A stretch of 64,000 nt of DNA from Marsupella aquatica (taxonomy: Eukaryota > Plantae > Marchantiophyta). This document shows positions 48,101-61,886 of this stretch, in pieces. The translations under genes and the position numbers were made by a program. Under the pieces are notes generated by a model that did not search any database, was not told the origin of the DNA, and worked only from the letters and a program-made list of their open reading frames with translations. Each line of letters opens with the position of its first letter. Within the stretch, counting starts at the first letter, position 1. Location: assembly GCA_973895155.1 (NCBI GenBank), contig OZ316893.1, positions 5,470,171 through 5,534,170 on the forward strand. Direction: 5' to 3'.

Positions 48101-50542
48101 ATGGAAAAAGGGTTCAAATTGAACACAGGGAGCATGATTCCTGCTGTGGGATTAGGTACATGGCAATCAGATGGATCATCATGCCAAGCTGCGGTCTCCA
48201 TGGCTTTGAAAGTAGGGTATAGACTGGTGGATTGTGCCCATCTATATGGGAATGAAATGGAGGTAGGCAATGCGCTACAAGAGGCATTTGAGGGAGGATT
48301 AGACAGGAACGACATTTTTATCTCATCAAAGTTGTGGGTCACTTCTTTGGGTTCAAAGAGGGTTATAGAAGCTGCAAAAACATCTCTCAAGCATTTAAGA
48401 CTCAGGTACCTTGACTTGTATTTGCTTCATTGGCCTAAATGTGCTCCAATAGGAGATGCCACGGATCCTCCATCTCATACAACTTTTGACATTATCAAAC
48501 CCAAACATCAAATGGAAGAAATTTGGCGTGCTATGGAGGTCCTTGTGGACCAAGGTCTCGTGAGGGCCATTGGTGTTAGCAATTTCAGCATTGGTCAGAT
48601 CCAAAATATCTTAAGCTTTTGTAAAATAGTTCCGGCTGTATATCAGGTGAGCAAGTTATGTCTTAAGTTGTGTTTGAATGTAAACAAATTGTTGAAATGC
48701 CAGTTTCAGGTCTGTGAATCCAGTAGCCATCCAACTGTGATCCATTAATTTGATGCATTCTGGTATAGTTTTAAACTAGTATAAAGCCTTCATGATGGCT
48801 GGTAACATTCTAGGCAGGGGGTAAATAAGGCTGTAGAGCCACTAATATGGGCATAAAGAAACATTGTTTGTATACATGTGTTAGCTCATTCTAGGACAAA
48901 ATTATTTGATAGTTGCCTGGCCATTTCCTTTGTTAGTAAAGAACTGTTGAGTTGAGAACTAATTGGGAGGGGTATTACAATCTCATGAAAACTTCTCACT
49001 AGTACAGTCGTGTTCAATAAATTCTGATCTTGTCTCCAAAAAAAGCTCTACTAGCTATTCCATTGTTTACAAAATAATATATTTATGGACATCCACTATG
49101 CTGTGAAATATTTTATCCAGGAGGCTCAATTTCCAAACTTCTTAGAGTTTTATATATTTTGGGAAGATGGTCCGTAATGTAGGGGGAGTTGCATCCTTAT
49201 TGGCGGCAAGACCAACTAGTCAACTTCTGTAAATCCAAAGGCATCCATGTGGTTGCTCATACACCATTGGGGGTACCAAGTAGTCATATTGAAGTGGTTC
49301 CCATATATTCTTATTGTGGTAATGAAGCTGCAAACATTGTCAATTCCCCTTCTCCATCAAACCAAGACCCCCAACATGTTCCAAGGGCACGAGCAAAGTC
49401 AATTCATGCACCCATGTTGAGGACAACAACTATTACTGAAGTCTCCCAAAGGCTAAACAAAACTGCTGCACAAGTGAGTAGATTTTCCCCGCTATTGATA
49501 TCAAGCATCCATGGTTTATGTTTGTATTGTCATGCTCTTAAGAATCGTGTTTAAGTACGACTGCTGATTAATAATTATAAGCATGAAAACCAAGGTTGGT
49601 TCTCAACCTCAAACTGACTTCATTTCAAATGAACCCTCTTTGCACTAGTTTCAATCTTCACAATCATTCTGTTTTTTTATGATAGTATAACATTGAATGG
49701 TCATGAAAGTGTGACCTACAGTAGGCAATATGCTCCTATTTTTAGTCAAATTCAGATTCTCCCACTGCCTTTTCATTCGCCATTGTTCAACCTTTCGATA
49801 CCTTTTATATTTATTTAATGAGACATAATATGCCATGGTAGATTAGGTGGAATTGAATCTCATTCACTAAAATATTTGAGTCCCTCAAAGCACCCAAATC
49901 ATACCTTTTAAGTTTAGAAGTGATTGTTTACAAATATGAAGATATATATACTAGGTTACTTTCCCATTGACATTTTAAAGCTTGCCTACATATCAGTTAC
50001 TAGCTAGCCTGTGAATTTAAAGCTGACACAATACGAAGTTCCATAATTTAAAGATTTTTTCATACCCCACTCAAGTTGATACCCAAAAGTTTTGTCAGAC
50101 TGTTTCGTGGTTTTGTTGTGTCCGGCAGCAAAACCAAACAACCCAAAATGAACACGGAACACCATGCATTTGTCACTTTATTATCCATGCTAGGATTTTA
50201 AAGACATTGCTACAGCATATGTTTCTTTGTTTTTCAAAGTAACGCAGTTCTAGCATGTGTTCGTAATTATATATTTAACACACAACCCTCATTCCTCAGA
50301 TTATTCTCCGATGGGGAGTCCAAAGAGGTACCACTGTTCTTCCTCGCAGCCTTCGACAAGACCGCATAGTATCCAACTTTGATATATTAGACTGGTCACT
50401 GTCGGATATTGACTGGAAGGCTGTTAACAGTTTTGAGCCACAACTTTGTCAAATTGAGGGCAATCATTCATACTTGCATGAGACTTCTCCTGGGGAACTG
50501 CAAGTTGTTGTAGAGTCAGACTTCAAGGAATTAACGGACTGA
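48101..50542 (+). CDS. aldo-keto reductase (plant AKR4C/aldose-reductase-like), about 359 aa; exons 48101-48646, 49183-49473, 50300-50542
   Basis: IPAVGLGTW, catalytic D-Y-K-H (VDCAHLY, SSKLW, LLHWP), AIGVSNF, ELHPYW, AQIILRWGVQRG; GT-AG introns join in frame. Confidence 0.92.
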
Positions 50543-52748
50543 ACAATATACTTCCAAGGTTGGGCTTCACAAGGTTGCACTAATGTGAGATTTCATCATT
50601 TGGAAAGAAACCCGATGGTTTTTGACCAAATTTTAATAGGAGAGGTGCCTCAACTAATGATACAATATTATTTTGTTTAAAATGTGGTTAAAAAAGAGAA
50701 ACAATTAGAACCATGTATGTATAGAAGACATTGTTCCAAAAAGGGTCATTTGGGAGCCTGTCTTCCAATTGGGAGGAGTAAAGAGCTTCCCATTCTTTAA
50801 ATAAGAGTCAGAGGTATGGATAGGATATACATTGATGCATGGTTTTTTTTTGGATTGGATATGATTTAAAAATTACTAAGACATCGGTACTTCTGCATGA
50901 AAATGTTGATAGTCTTGATATGTTCTGACTATTCAAAGCTCTCGTTTGTATAGTGTAGTAGTCGATCTGATATCCATGCAACTTTATATACTTAGTGGTT
51001 ATAAATACAGTATATAGAAACAAAACAAATTCTGAGTTGGTACCATGATCGATTTCACCATGACCTGCAAACACATTTATATGAAACCATCATTGAGTTC
51101 AGATCAATTACATATTTGTCTCAGACCTGTAAAGTGACAAGAAGTGAAATATTGGACAACGATGGAAGAAAGGGGAAATGCCAACAGCCAAATACAATAT
51201 GTCAATACAGTAAAACCCAATATGTGTCCAGGGTTGAGGGAATTGCAGAACCTGAACCATATGTCAATTCACTTTGCAAGTCAGGAATGTCACAGACTGA
51301 AGAAAAATATACATTCTTGTTGCAAGCCTCCTTCTTGTGAACATTCCCCTTTCTATGTATATGTATAATTATGAGGAAGCTTGGTCTGGTTGTAGTTATT
51401 TTAATATATGATTGCCCAAACTATTATTTTCCTCCTCATCCCAAAGAAGTTACCACCTCCTACTGAGATTCAGTGGATTTAGGTACCCTATATATACCTA
51501 AATGAAGGTGGTGGATACATGAAGCTGGGAGGATAAAAACATTGTGCAAATGTACACCTTCAAATGCCTTTTGGGAAAATCCATAAACTAAGTTAATTTG
51601 TCTTGTACCTCAAGTTCATATTGTGGCTTATATAACTATGAAAATAGAAAAAGAATCTATAACTTTAAACAATGATAAACTCTTGGGTCGTATCTAGCAA
51701 GGAAAATGCTAGAGGCACAGCGGTCTATGGCATGTGCTGGCAGGGCCAGGGGGTCAGAGTGACCAAGAACAATGACCTTGATTTCAAAAAAGTTATAGCT
51801 TTTAGCAACATTGCCACTAAAGATGTTCCTATTTACAATATTTTTTTGAATTGCATTTAGAATCATGCCAAGGTTTTGCAAGACTCCTAACCAAAGCCAG
51901 AGAAGGGTTAACCATAATGCCTTACATTCTGTCCTCTATGACACACCTCAAGTTCTCTTCAGCACGTACATGTCAAGAGCAATCATGTGGGGTCTACTAC
52001 TCTGTCTGTCCCCAGACTGCCATGAAGTTTGTAAACATATATAGAGTTTTGTGGGAACAGCTGGAATCTTTGAGATTGACGTTCAGCATTGAGGAGGTGA
52101 GGCAGCCATTGGAGCCACTCACATTTCTGGTGTGGATTCTCCCATTGCTGAGCCTTCATGCAATGGTTGCCATCTTTGTTTGGTTTCAAAGAAATGAAAT
52201 TCCCGAGTTTTGTTGTGGGGAATCCACTTTGAGTCATCCATTCAAAAATGTCTCCCCGTGCAGGAGAGTGAAGGTGATTCACCTGGACAATGGAGATTTG
52301 ATCCCTACAGAGTCTGGATGGAAAGTCCTCCAAATCAGGGAGCCATGCGGGGAAGACAAGTTCACCAGGGTAACTATAGACAAAACTATGACAGAATTAC
52401 CAAAATAATAAACACAGTGGAAGTATTGTAAATTGGACCACCTTTACTGGCAATTGTAGTTCAAAGCTGTAAACAGTTCATTCGGGCAAAATTTTTTTCT
52501 TCTTATTTTTTGGAGTAAGAGTCCTTTACTTGGGAAAATCCAGGTTGAATTATTGTTGTTGTAAAATCTAAAAACCCATGAGTATTTTAGTATTGAAACC
52601 ATGCATCATAGTATCAAACTTAACAACCCCAAGGAAGAAAGAGCAGCTTCCTTATGTCTTTTCTTCATAAGAAATTTAAACTGTCATAAAAGATCTAGAT
52701 CTGGACTAAGAAATAGGAGTGTTTCAAAATGATCTATTTATTTAGAGT

Positions 52749-53169
52749 TGTTGGGTATTTACTCTTACGTCTAGGTTAGGTATGACGTGGTTGGTACAAC
52801 AACATGGGTTGGTACAACTACGTGGTTAGGTACAACTATGTGGTTAGGTACAACTATGTGGTTAGGTACAACTACGTGATTAGGTACAACTATGTGGTTA
52901 GGTACAACTAAGTTGCACACTATATCATAAGAGGCATGTGTGCTTGGAGAGGTAGAACCAAGGCTCATTGTTATGGAGCCACTTGAGAGATAGGGAGAGC
53001 TTACACTGTGGAGACTTGGTATAGCCGACGGGCTTAGAGTTCAGTAAAGCTCTCTTGTGTGTTCCCGTGGACGTAGCCTCAAGGAGGTGAACCACGTATC
53101 TCTTGTGTCGACTATTGTGCGTTGGATGGTTCATGGGCTTGCCATTGCGATCGTCGTCTATGCTCAACA
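52749..53169 (+). repeat. 5' LTR of copia B with an 18-bp tandem array in U3
   Basis: About 7 mismatches versus 58822-59242; about 7 copies of GGTTAGGTACAACTA(T/C)GT. Confidence 0.97.
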
Positions 53170-53171
53170 AT

Positions 53172-53183
53172 TGGTATCAGAGC
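53172..53183 (+). promoter_or_regulatory. primer-binding site (initiator tRNA-Met)
   Basis: TGGTATCAGAGC. Confidence 0.95.
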
Positions 53184-54319
53184 ATGCTTGGGAGGTGACG
53201 TGTGTTCGTGACGGGATTTCATTACGGTTTTTCCAGCGTTGAGTGTCGGTGGATTTCCCGGAGTTCCGTCGCATGGAACTTGGAGTTTATGGGCTCAACG
53301 GATAGATCGGGGCAAGAGCTTTCTAACGGTGTGAAGAAATCGCTGAACGGAGCTCGTGGTGCAGAGAGATCTAAGTTTTCGTCGTTCTGGATTTTGTGAA
53401 GAAAGTTGACAATCGACTCGGAGGGAGAAGCGTCAAGTGTTTTGACTCAACGGAGAGATTGAGGCAAGACGATTGTTTTGAGTCTGGGATTGGCTCTTTG
53501 ATGCAAAGAGGAAGGCTAAGCAAAATCAATTACCTTGTTGGATTGGTGACGGCACCAAGTGCAATTGATCAACATTCGTTGTTGACAAGGTACCATTTTT
53601 TCTCTTTGAAAAACTGATTCGAAATTGGCTATGGCAATTGAGAGAAATCTGTCATCTTTACCAATTTTTTTCTCCCTCGTTCTTTCCTCGTTTTGGGTGC
53701 TTCTTATATCGATCTTCACCGCCTCGAAGTCTAGTTTCCAAATCTGAAATCAGATCTTGATTTCGTCAAAACCCGAGTGAGATATCTTGCGTTTGGTGTC
53801 GAGGGGTACATTCTACCGTGTGTATTTTCTGCGCGCGCGACCAGATTTCGACGACGAAGGGTGGTAGGGGGTTTTGGGGGTTCGAGGACACGTGTCAGCC
53901 CCTCGATTGTTCTTCCAAAATTCCCACAGGGCCTATACAAGGGTCATAGAATATTCCAAAAAACCAGAGAGCTATTTTTTGACCGTCCGACAAAGATTTC
54001 ATCCGTCGAACGGTAACTTTTTTGGTTATTTTTTGGCGAGGTCGTAGCCATTGAAGTTGGCAACGCGGCGCACCAATCACATCGTAATTCCGACAACGGG
54101 TTGTACTTGGTATTTCGGTTATTCCCTGAGGTGGTCAAAACGGGGGAGTTTCCCAAGGTTTACCCACCTCGACCGAAATTTGAATAACTTTTCCGTCAAA
54201 TTTCGATTTTGATTTCGGTTTTCAGTATTGGACTCCTAGCTTTGTGGGCTACGCGGCGGTGTTGAGTTTCGAGTTTTTTGAGAAGTTGTGAAAAACAACA
54301 ATTTTTGTGATTTTCTCAT

Positions 54320-55360
54320 ATGAGTGATTCGGAGGAATTTTTCGAAGACGTGGAACTTGAAGCACGAGGATCACCGCGGTGGTTTCAGGGGCAGAGAGAG
54401 GAGCAGGAGGAAGAGCACGTGACACCGATACCATCACCGGTGCGGCGTGTGGTGGAGGAAGCAGTACTACTACCGGAGCTCACGGTAGTGCCAAAGAAGA
54501 AGATGGGGACTTTCAAGCTTGGGGGACCCAAGTATGAAGTGACAAAGTATGATGGGCGCTCTGACTACTTGCTATGGGAGAAGCAGGTGAAGGGAGTGCT
54601 CTATGCGTCAGGGATGGGCCAACTGCTGAGCCCTCGTGAAGACGATGTTGATGAGAAACAATGGGACCGCATGCAGGAGCAGGGAGTGTGGTGTGTTACA
54701 CTCTATCTCATGCCTCCCATCATCAAGTAGTTGGGTGCACATAAGGATTGCATGTCCTTGTTTGCGGAATTGCAGAGCAAGTATCACCGCAAGGAGTTGT
54801 CGAACCGGCTCTACACTTCCTACAAACTCATGAGTTTCAGGATGAAGGAATCCGGCACAAAGTTGCAAGACCATGTGGATGCTTTCAACGACATGGTCGT
54901 TGACTTGGAAAACCTTGGGGAGACTTTGAATGATGAGACGAAGGCTCTGCAGCTTCTTAGTTCATTGCCTCCATCTTACCAGTCCCTATCACGAGTGTTG
55001 TTGCATCGTGATAGGGATACCATTTCATATAATGATGTGGTAAGTTCTCTGCTTAGTGATGATCTTCAGCAGAAGATGCACATCACATCACAGCCTTCAT
55101 CATCTGGTGCTGCCCTCAATGTTAACCGTGGGAGGGGTATGCAGCGACCAACTGGGGACCGTAGAACCCAGTTTAGATCTAAATCCAGATCTAAGTCCAA
55201 GGGTAAATCCCCTCAGAGGAGGCAGGTGACATGTTGGAAGTGCAACCAAGTTGGACACTTCAAGCGAGACTGTAAGGGAAAGACAGCGGAAACTTCATCG
55301 GCAAATGTGGCTAGGGCTGATGGAGAAGCTGATTTACTCAATGATGAGTATGTTTTATGA
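54320..55360 (+). pseudogene. gag: copia B gag, premature TAG at 54728-54730
   Basis: KYEVTKYDG..DYLLW, LLSSLPPSY, CWKCNQVGHFKRDC; ends TGA 55358-55360. Confidence 0.92.
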
Positions 55361-58300
55361 AGCCCCCCTATGGCCTGTGCACGTCATCTAGGAGAGCAGA
55401 TGATGTGTGGATTCTTGATTGTGCTTGCTCTTTTCATATTTGTTACATTCATGAGTTTTTCAGTTCTCACTCTATTTCAAACGGTTCAGTTCTGATGGGA
55501 AATGATCACTCCTGTCAAATTGAGGGAATTGGGTCTGTGAAGATTCAAATGTTTGATGGCGCTGTGCGCACAGTGTCCGGAGTCAGGTATGTACCTGGCA
55601 TGCGTAAGAATCTGATTTCACTCGGTGTGTTGGATTCAAATGGTCATCAATGGAGCGTTATTGATGGTGAACTTCAAGTCAGGTCGGGAGAGACAGTGAT
55701 TTTGAAGGGGAGTAGACAAAAGAATTTGTATGTGTTACAGGGCAATACTGTATGTGGAGAGGCCAATGTAACCAAGTCTCACGAGGAGATGACTCAACTG
55801 TGGCATTCACGGCTAGGCCATATGAGTGAGAAGGGTTTGGCTATCTTACGGAAGAATGGACTCATTTCTGATTTGCAATCTTGTAAATTAGAGTTTTGTG
55901 AGCATTGCATTCTTGGAAAGCAGCATCGTCGTGCTTTTGGTGTTGGAACTCATCGTTCCAAAGCGGTTCTTGAGTACATACATAGTGACGTGTGGGGTCC
56001 ATCCCCGACTCCCTCACACTCTGGAAAGTTGTACTATGTATCATTTATTGATGATTACTCAAGATTTGTGTGAATTTATTTCATGACGCATAAGTCTGAT
56101 GTCTTGTCCATTTTTAAGAAGTGGAAGGCCCAGGTGGAGAATCAGACTGGAAACACGATCAAGTGTTTGGATACAAGGGTGAAGAGTCTGAGGTCAGACA
56201 ACGGCGGGGAGTACACTTCAATGGAATTTGAAGAGTACTGTTCAGAACAGGGGATAACTCGCCATCTCACCACAGTTTATACTCCGCAGCAGAATGGTGT
56301 CGCTGAGAGGCTCAATCAGACACTGTTGGAGCGGTCACGGAGTATGTTGAGCCAATCAGGTTTACCACAAGAATTTTGGGCAGAAGCTATCAATACCGCA
56401 GCTTATTTGGTAAATCTTTCTCCTTCTAGTGCTATCAATTTCAAAACGCCGTTTGAGATGCGCTATAAGCGGCAAGCAGACTATCATGGCTTGGTAGTTT
56501 TTGGAAGTGATGCATATGCTCTCACACCGAAGCAGAATAGGACCAAGTTGGATCCTACCTCCAAGAAATATGTTTTTCTTGGATACCAGAGTGGTGTGAA
56601 AGCCTATAGGCTATGGGATCCTATTGCCTGTAAGCTCGTTGTCAGTAGGGATGTTTCCTTCAATGAATCCAGATTATTGAAGGAGGGGGAGAATACTCAG
56701 GTCTCCCGTACTGACAAAGGAAAATCTCCTATCCCGGATCTCGTTGAGGGGGAGATTGGTTATGAGGTGCATGACCGGAAAGAAGGAGTTGCTCCAATTA
56801 TGGAGCTGGTTCTTGTGCCAGAGGAACTAGAGGAGTTTGTTGATGCTGGTGAGCAGCAAGTGGATGCTGTTGAGCTTCAAATTGTACCAGCACACGCAGA
56901 TCAACCGGAGTCATCGGCTAGAAGAACATCTGGTCGCACTATACGCGCTCCACCAAGGTATGGACAGTGGGTTGATTCATCTCAACTGCAAGAGGATGAT
57001 TTTACAGCTGATGATGAGGGTGATGTGTTAATTTTGGAAGAAGGGGAACCTTCTTCATTTCATGAGGCAAGTGCTTCAAAGGAGAAGCAGAAGTGGACTG
57101 CAGCAATGCAAACGGAGATGCAGTCACTAAAGGACAACAAAACTTGGGAGCTTGTTAAGCTGCCTAAGGGTCAGCAAGTGGTGGACAGCAAGTGGATTTA
57201 CAAGCTGAAGGATAATTCCATAGGAGGTGGATCGAAGGTCTACAAGGCTAGATTGGTAGCAAAGGGATTCACACAAGAGAAAGGTGTGGATTACAATGAG
57301 GTCTTCTCACCAGTTGCTAAGTACTCTACAATACGACTATTGTGTGTACTTGTTGTAATGTTTGGTCTGCTGCTAGATCAGATGGATGTTGTCACAACTT
57401 TCCTCTATGGCACATTGGAAGAGGTGATCTTCATGAGACAACCGCTAGGTTTTGTGAAGAGAGGACAGGAGGAATTGGTTTGCAGATTGCTGAAATCCTT
57501 GTATGGGTTGAAGCAGTCACCAAGACAGTGGAACAAGCGGTTTGACGATTGGATTCAGTCACAAGGTTTTCACAGAAGTGTATTTGACCCTTGTGTGTAT
57601 TTGAAACCGGTAAAGAATGTTGTCTTTGGGTTCATTGTTTTAGTACTTTATGTGGATGATATGCTAATTGCAGCCAAGGATAGGTCTGAGATTGTTAAGC
57701 TCAAGGCACTGCTTAGTGCAGAGTTTAAGATGAAGGACTTAGGGCCAGCTAAGAGGATTTTGGGTATGGAGATCACTAGGGACTTGGAGGCTGGCAAGCT
57801 ATGGTTGACGCAGAGCAGTTATGCGAGGAAGGTAATTGCAAGGTTCAACATAGGGAATAGCAAGCCAGTAAGTACCCCGTTGGCTCCACACTTCAAGTTA
57901 TCATCAGCGTTCTGTCCTACGGATGACACAGAGAAGGGGTTGATGTCAAAGGTTCCGCATGACAAGGCAGTGGGGAGTCTCATGTATTTGATGACTTGCA
58001 CTAGACCTAATCTTGCCATGGCTATGGGCAAGGTGAGCAGGTACATGTCGAATCCAGGGAAGGTACACTGGGAAGCAGTGAAGTGGATTATCAGGTACTT
58101 GAAGGGTACCGTGGATCATGGTCTTTTATTTGATGCGAATGCAAAGAATGCTAAATCATTGATTGGCTATGTTGATTCTGACTATGGACAAGATTTGGAC
58201 CGAAGGAGATCAACAACAGGATACGTGTTCACACTTGGCGGTGGATGCATAAGTTGGAGGTCTACTTTGCAGAAGTGTATTGCTCAGTCTACTACAGAAG

Positions 58301-58632
58301 CGGAGTATGTTGCAGCTGCGGAAGTAGCAAAGGAAGCGATTTGGTTGAATAGACTTATCATTGAAATGGGATTGCCATAGGGGAATGTGAAGCTCCATTG
58401 TGATAGTCAAAGTGCGCTCCACCTTGCTGTGAACCAGGTGATGGACAGCAGAGTGAAGCACATTGACGTTAGGTACCATTTTATCAGGCAGGCTGTGTCT
58501 GATAATTTGTTTGAGCTAGTCAAGATTGATGGTAAACTCAACCCGGCTGACGCATTTACCAAAGTGATTCCTTTGGAGAGTTTCTCTAGACATCGTGACG
58601 TATTGCAGGTTTTGCAATTGCATCACAAGTAG
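55357..58632 (+). pseudogene. pol: copia B pol, -1 frame relative to gag, stops at 56071-56073 and 58378-58380
   Basis: WILDCAC, HSDVWGP, SDNGGEY, YVDDML, STTEAEYVA. Confidence 0.95.
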
Positions 58633-58821
58633 AGTTTTCTTAACATTCATTGTAATTACTGATATATGCTTTTCCTCATTCCTATGTTTAGGCTACGGCT
58701 TAGTTCTGGTTTGCTCTAGTTAGAGAGGGAAATCGGTTTGGTTTTTGTCTAGAACTTCCCGCTGAGGGATCATATACATTGACAGTATTACTCTCCCCTA
58801 GACCAGAGTCAAGGGGAAGAT

Positions 58822-59242
58822 TGTTGGGTATTTACTCTTACGTCTAGGTTAGGTATGACGTGGTTGGTACAACAACATGGGTTGGTACAACTACGTGGTT
58901 AGGTACAACTACGTGATTAGGTACAACTATGTGGTTAGGTACAACTACGTGATTAGGTACAACTATGTGGTTAGGTACAACTAAGTTGCACACTATATCA
59001 TAAGAGACATGTGTGCTTGGAGATGTAGAACCAAGGCTCATTGTTATGGAGCCACTTGAGAGATAGGGAGAGCTTACACTGTGGAGACTCGGTATAGCTG
59101 ACGGGCTTAGAGTTCAGTAAAGCTCTCTTGTGTGTTCCCGTGGACGTAGCCTCAAGGAGGTGAACCACGTATCTCTTGTGTCGACTATTGTGCGTTGGAT
59201 GGTTCATGGGCTTGCCGTTGCGATCGTCGTCTATGCTCAACA
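58822..59242 (+). repeat. 3' LTR of copia B
   Basis: Direct repeat of 52749-53169, preceded by AAGGGGAAGA. Confidence 0.97.
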
Positions 59243-61714
59243 AGAGTTATAAGCCCTTGATCCATTCTCTGGTATTCTTATTATCCTTTTGGGCAACAAA
59301 GATAGAAGCAAGCACCCACAGTTTTCAGCACACATTTCCTTTTCTTATGTTTTCATTAGGCCACATACTTCACCTCCAGTGCCGTTCCACTGAATTTCAG
59401 TGATAGAATCTTTTGGGTGAAGTTGAATATTACCAAACCCTCCTGTCTTCCCTCTGATTATGCTTAGCAATAGTTTTGGTAACTAAGGTTTCCTCACTTC
59501 TTCAAGTTGTGCAGCCTGATATTGTATACGTTGACATCTTTCATCATAAATCGTTCGTTGGTCTTTTCTCAATTTCCTCTTTTGTGCATTTGGTGTTTAA
59601 GGGTGATTTCAATTAACTCTGTGTTGCTTGTAATGGTGGCCATATATAGTGGTAGCTAAGGCCCGAGCTAAGGTTCCTTTCACAAGTCATCTATCATGAC
59701 TCTAGTAAATTGGTATTGCCCACAGGGTTTTCTTATACAACAATAAAAATGAATAGTTTCCTGTCAACTGCTTGTCAAACAATTTACATGAAGGGTACCT
59801 TTGTTTCTCTACCAAAATCATTCATATTGTATCAAGGGGACGTGGGCTGCTGTTTTGATATTTTCACACCAAAAGTGAATATGAAAATTTGTTTGCACTC
59901 CCAGAAATGTAGCGTTTTATCAAGTCTACCAATCATTCTACCCACAACTTGTGATGAAGCCGAGCTATAGACTACCCCACATGCTAGACTCTCTGGTCTC
60001 TGCTTGAGCACTGTTGTTGCTCCTCTCCCCTCAGTCTCCCCCCTTTTCTCCGAGACAATCAACCCACTATGCAAAAATCTATTTTCAATTATAGTAACTA
60101 GCAAGTTTCTCTGAACGATCACAAAATAAACTAGGGGTAAGGAACCACAAATGACAATTAAGGAAAATGGGAACCACACCAAATTTTGAACACAACCAAA
60201 TTCACATCTTTTGATGGGAAAAAAGTGAACAAACTGCAAAGACAACCCAACCTCCTGTTGTTTGTCCAACAGTTGCCTCAATGGGACTGCATTTAAGTGT
60301 TCCTCCCACCTTACTACCCCAGATAACTCACTACCCTAATATATGTGACTCTAACTTTCTTCAACCTCTAGGATGAGTTTCCCCTTGCACCTGCTGGGGG
60401 CTGCAACTAGATACCAAAATTCCCAAGCACACACAAACAATGTCGTCACCACCTTCCCTGGCGGCACCACTAAATCTCAAAGCTCACCTAACATAAGACA
60501 TGAGGCAGACACATGTGTCAAGAACCCTATCCTATCCTAAGGGTGACCGCCAGTGGCTTTGATTGTATCCACAATTGTTGCGCTAAACAAGGGCTCTCCC
60601 AGGGACACTCTTGGGTCCGCTATTTCCTACCTACTCAATGTCTCCATGAAAAGTCAATGGTCCATAATTTCCATCTTGTCCATCAGTCCCAGTCCTCCTG
60701 TCTGCCACCGATCCGCCGTAAATGTAGGGAACCTCACAATTTGTTAAACTAAAACTCTTTTAGCATTTATTTCTGGGAAAATATGTGGATATTAACCTCC
60801 TCCTTCTTGATCAAAACTGTGATTTGTTACTTGTCACAATGAAGATTGCTACCATTGGCCTAGTACCCTTGCTGGAATAACTAACATCAGGAATTGAAAA
60901 CTCTGAACTTATGTGAATTTGCATAGTGTAGGTAGGATTTGGAAATATGAAGATTTACCTTTGAGAGGCTTTTTTCAGTTGCAAAGATTTTCTAGATTTC
61001 ACCTCTCTGAAATATCTAAGTTGCCAAATGTTAGTCAATTTCCCACCTAGCCACATAGGCCATTAACCAGAATGTCATGGTCATACTCAAAGCCTATAAA
61101 GATCTAACACTTGAATATTAAGAAAGTTAAGCCATAAGGACTGAGGAGTGTGTTTAGCACATCCCTAAGGACTGTGATATACACTCCTTCACTTTACATA
61201 CAAAATTCACACATTGTCTGGCTATCTTTGGAAGGACTCTTCACTCTGAAAAGGAAGCCCCGGTTAGTTTTTCCAGGTGTTCCAACCAACTGTAAAATGT
61301 TAATTTTTTACAGACTTGTGTCTTTATTTGTACAACTTTTGGATCTTTATTTAAGCTCAAATTTTTCAGCATGTTCTTTGATGTCCAATCTAGTATGTGA
61401 GAAAGTTTCAGATTATTGTGAGATTGTTTGCTTCACTGCCAATGAGCGCAAAAATGGTCAAATATTCACTAACTACCAACAAATTTTTTGCTTTGGTGAA
61501 GGGCGCCCTATGTAGTGTGGGTAAGAGAACTGACCTACCACTTTGGGAAAGGGCGGTTCACATTTGTGAAGTACACCTAACTTACCACTGCATAAACTAA
61601 TAGAAACCAACTGCCAACCCTAAAGAGCCCAATTACATGTCACATTTTAGTCAATACTAGAAAGAGTGCTATTCCAACATTTTTTGATATTCTGAGCCAC
61701 TCCATCCCATCTTT

Positions 61715-61886
61715 GGAAATCCATGGGGCTTCATAGCAAACCCCTCACGCCATCGGGGCTTAACATTCCAAAAATTAAACCCAAAAGAATTATATAACCA
61801 ATATTAGCACGTCATCTTCGCCAGTAGATCGTAGCTCAGGAAATCCATGGGGCTTCACAAAAAACCCCTAAACGTACATCGGCGCC
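61715..61886. repeat. dispersed direct repeat pair, about 45 bp
   Basis: GGAAATCCATGGGGCTTCA..AAACCCCT..CATCGG twice, about 123 bp apart. Confidence 0.75.

Larger units (their letters stand above)
52749..59242 (+). mobile_element. full-length Ty1/copia LTR retrotransposon B (related to A), 6494 bp
   Basis: 421-bp TG...CA LTRs, TSD AGAGT (52744-52748, 59243-59247), iMet PBS, PPT, copia domain order. Confidence 0.98.

Noticed and set aside
51657-52431. Cluster of 60-185 aa ORFs downstream of the AKR
   Set aside because: No recognisable domain or consistent splice structure; probably decayed TE sequence
52771-52968. (VVPNH)n ORFs here and at 58844-59041
   Set aside because: Antisense translation of the 18-bp LTR repeat
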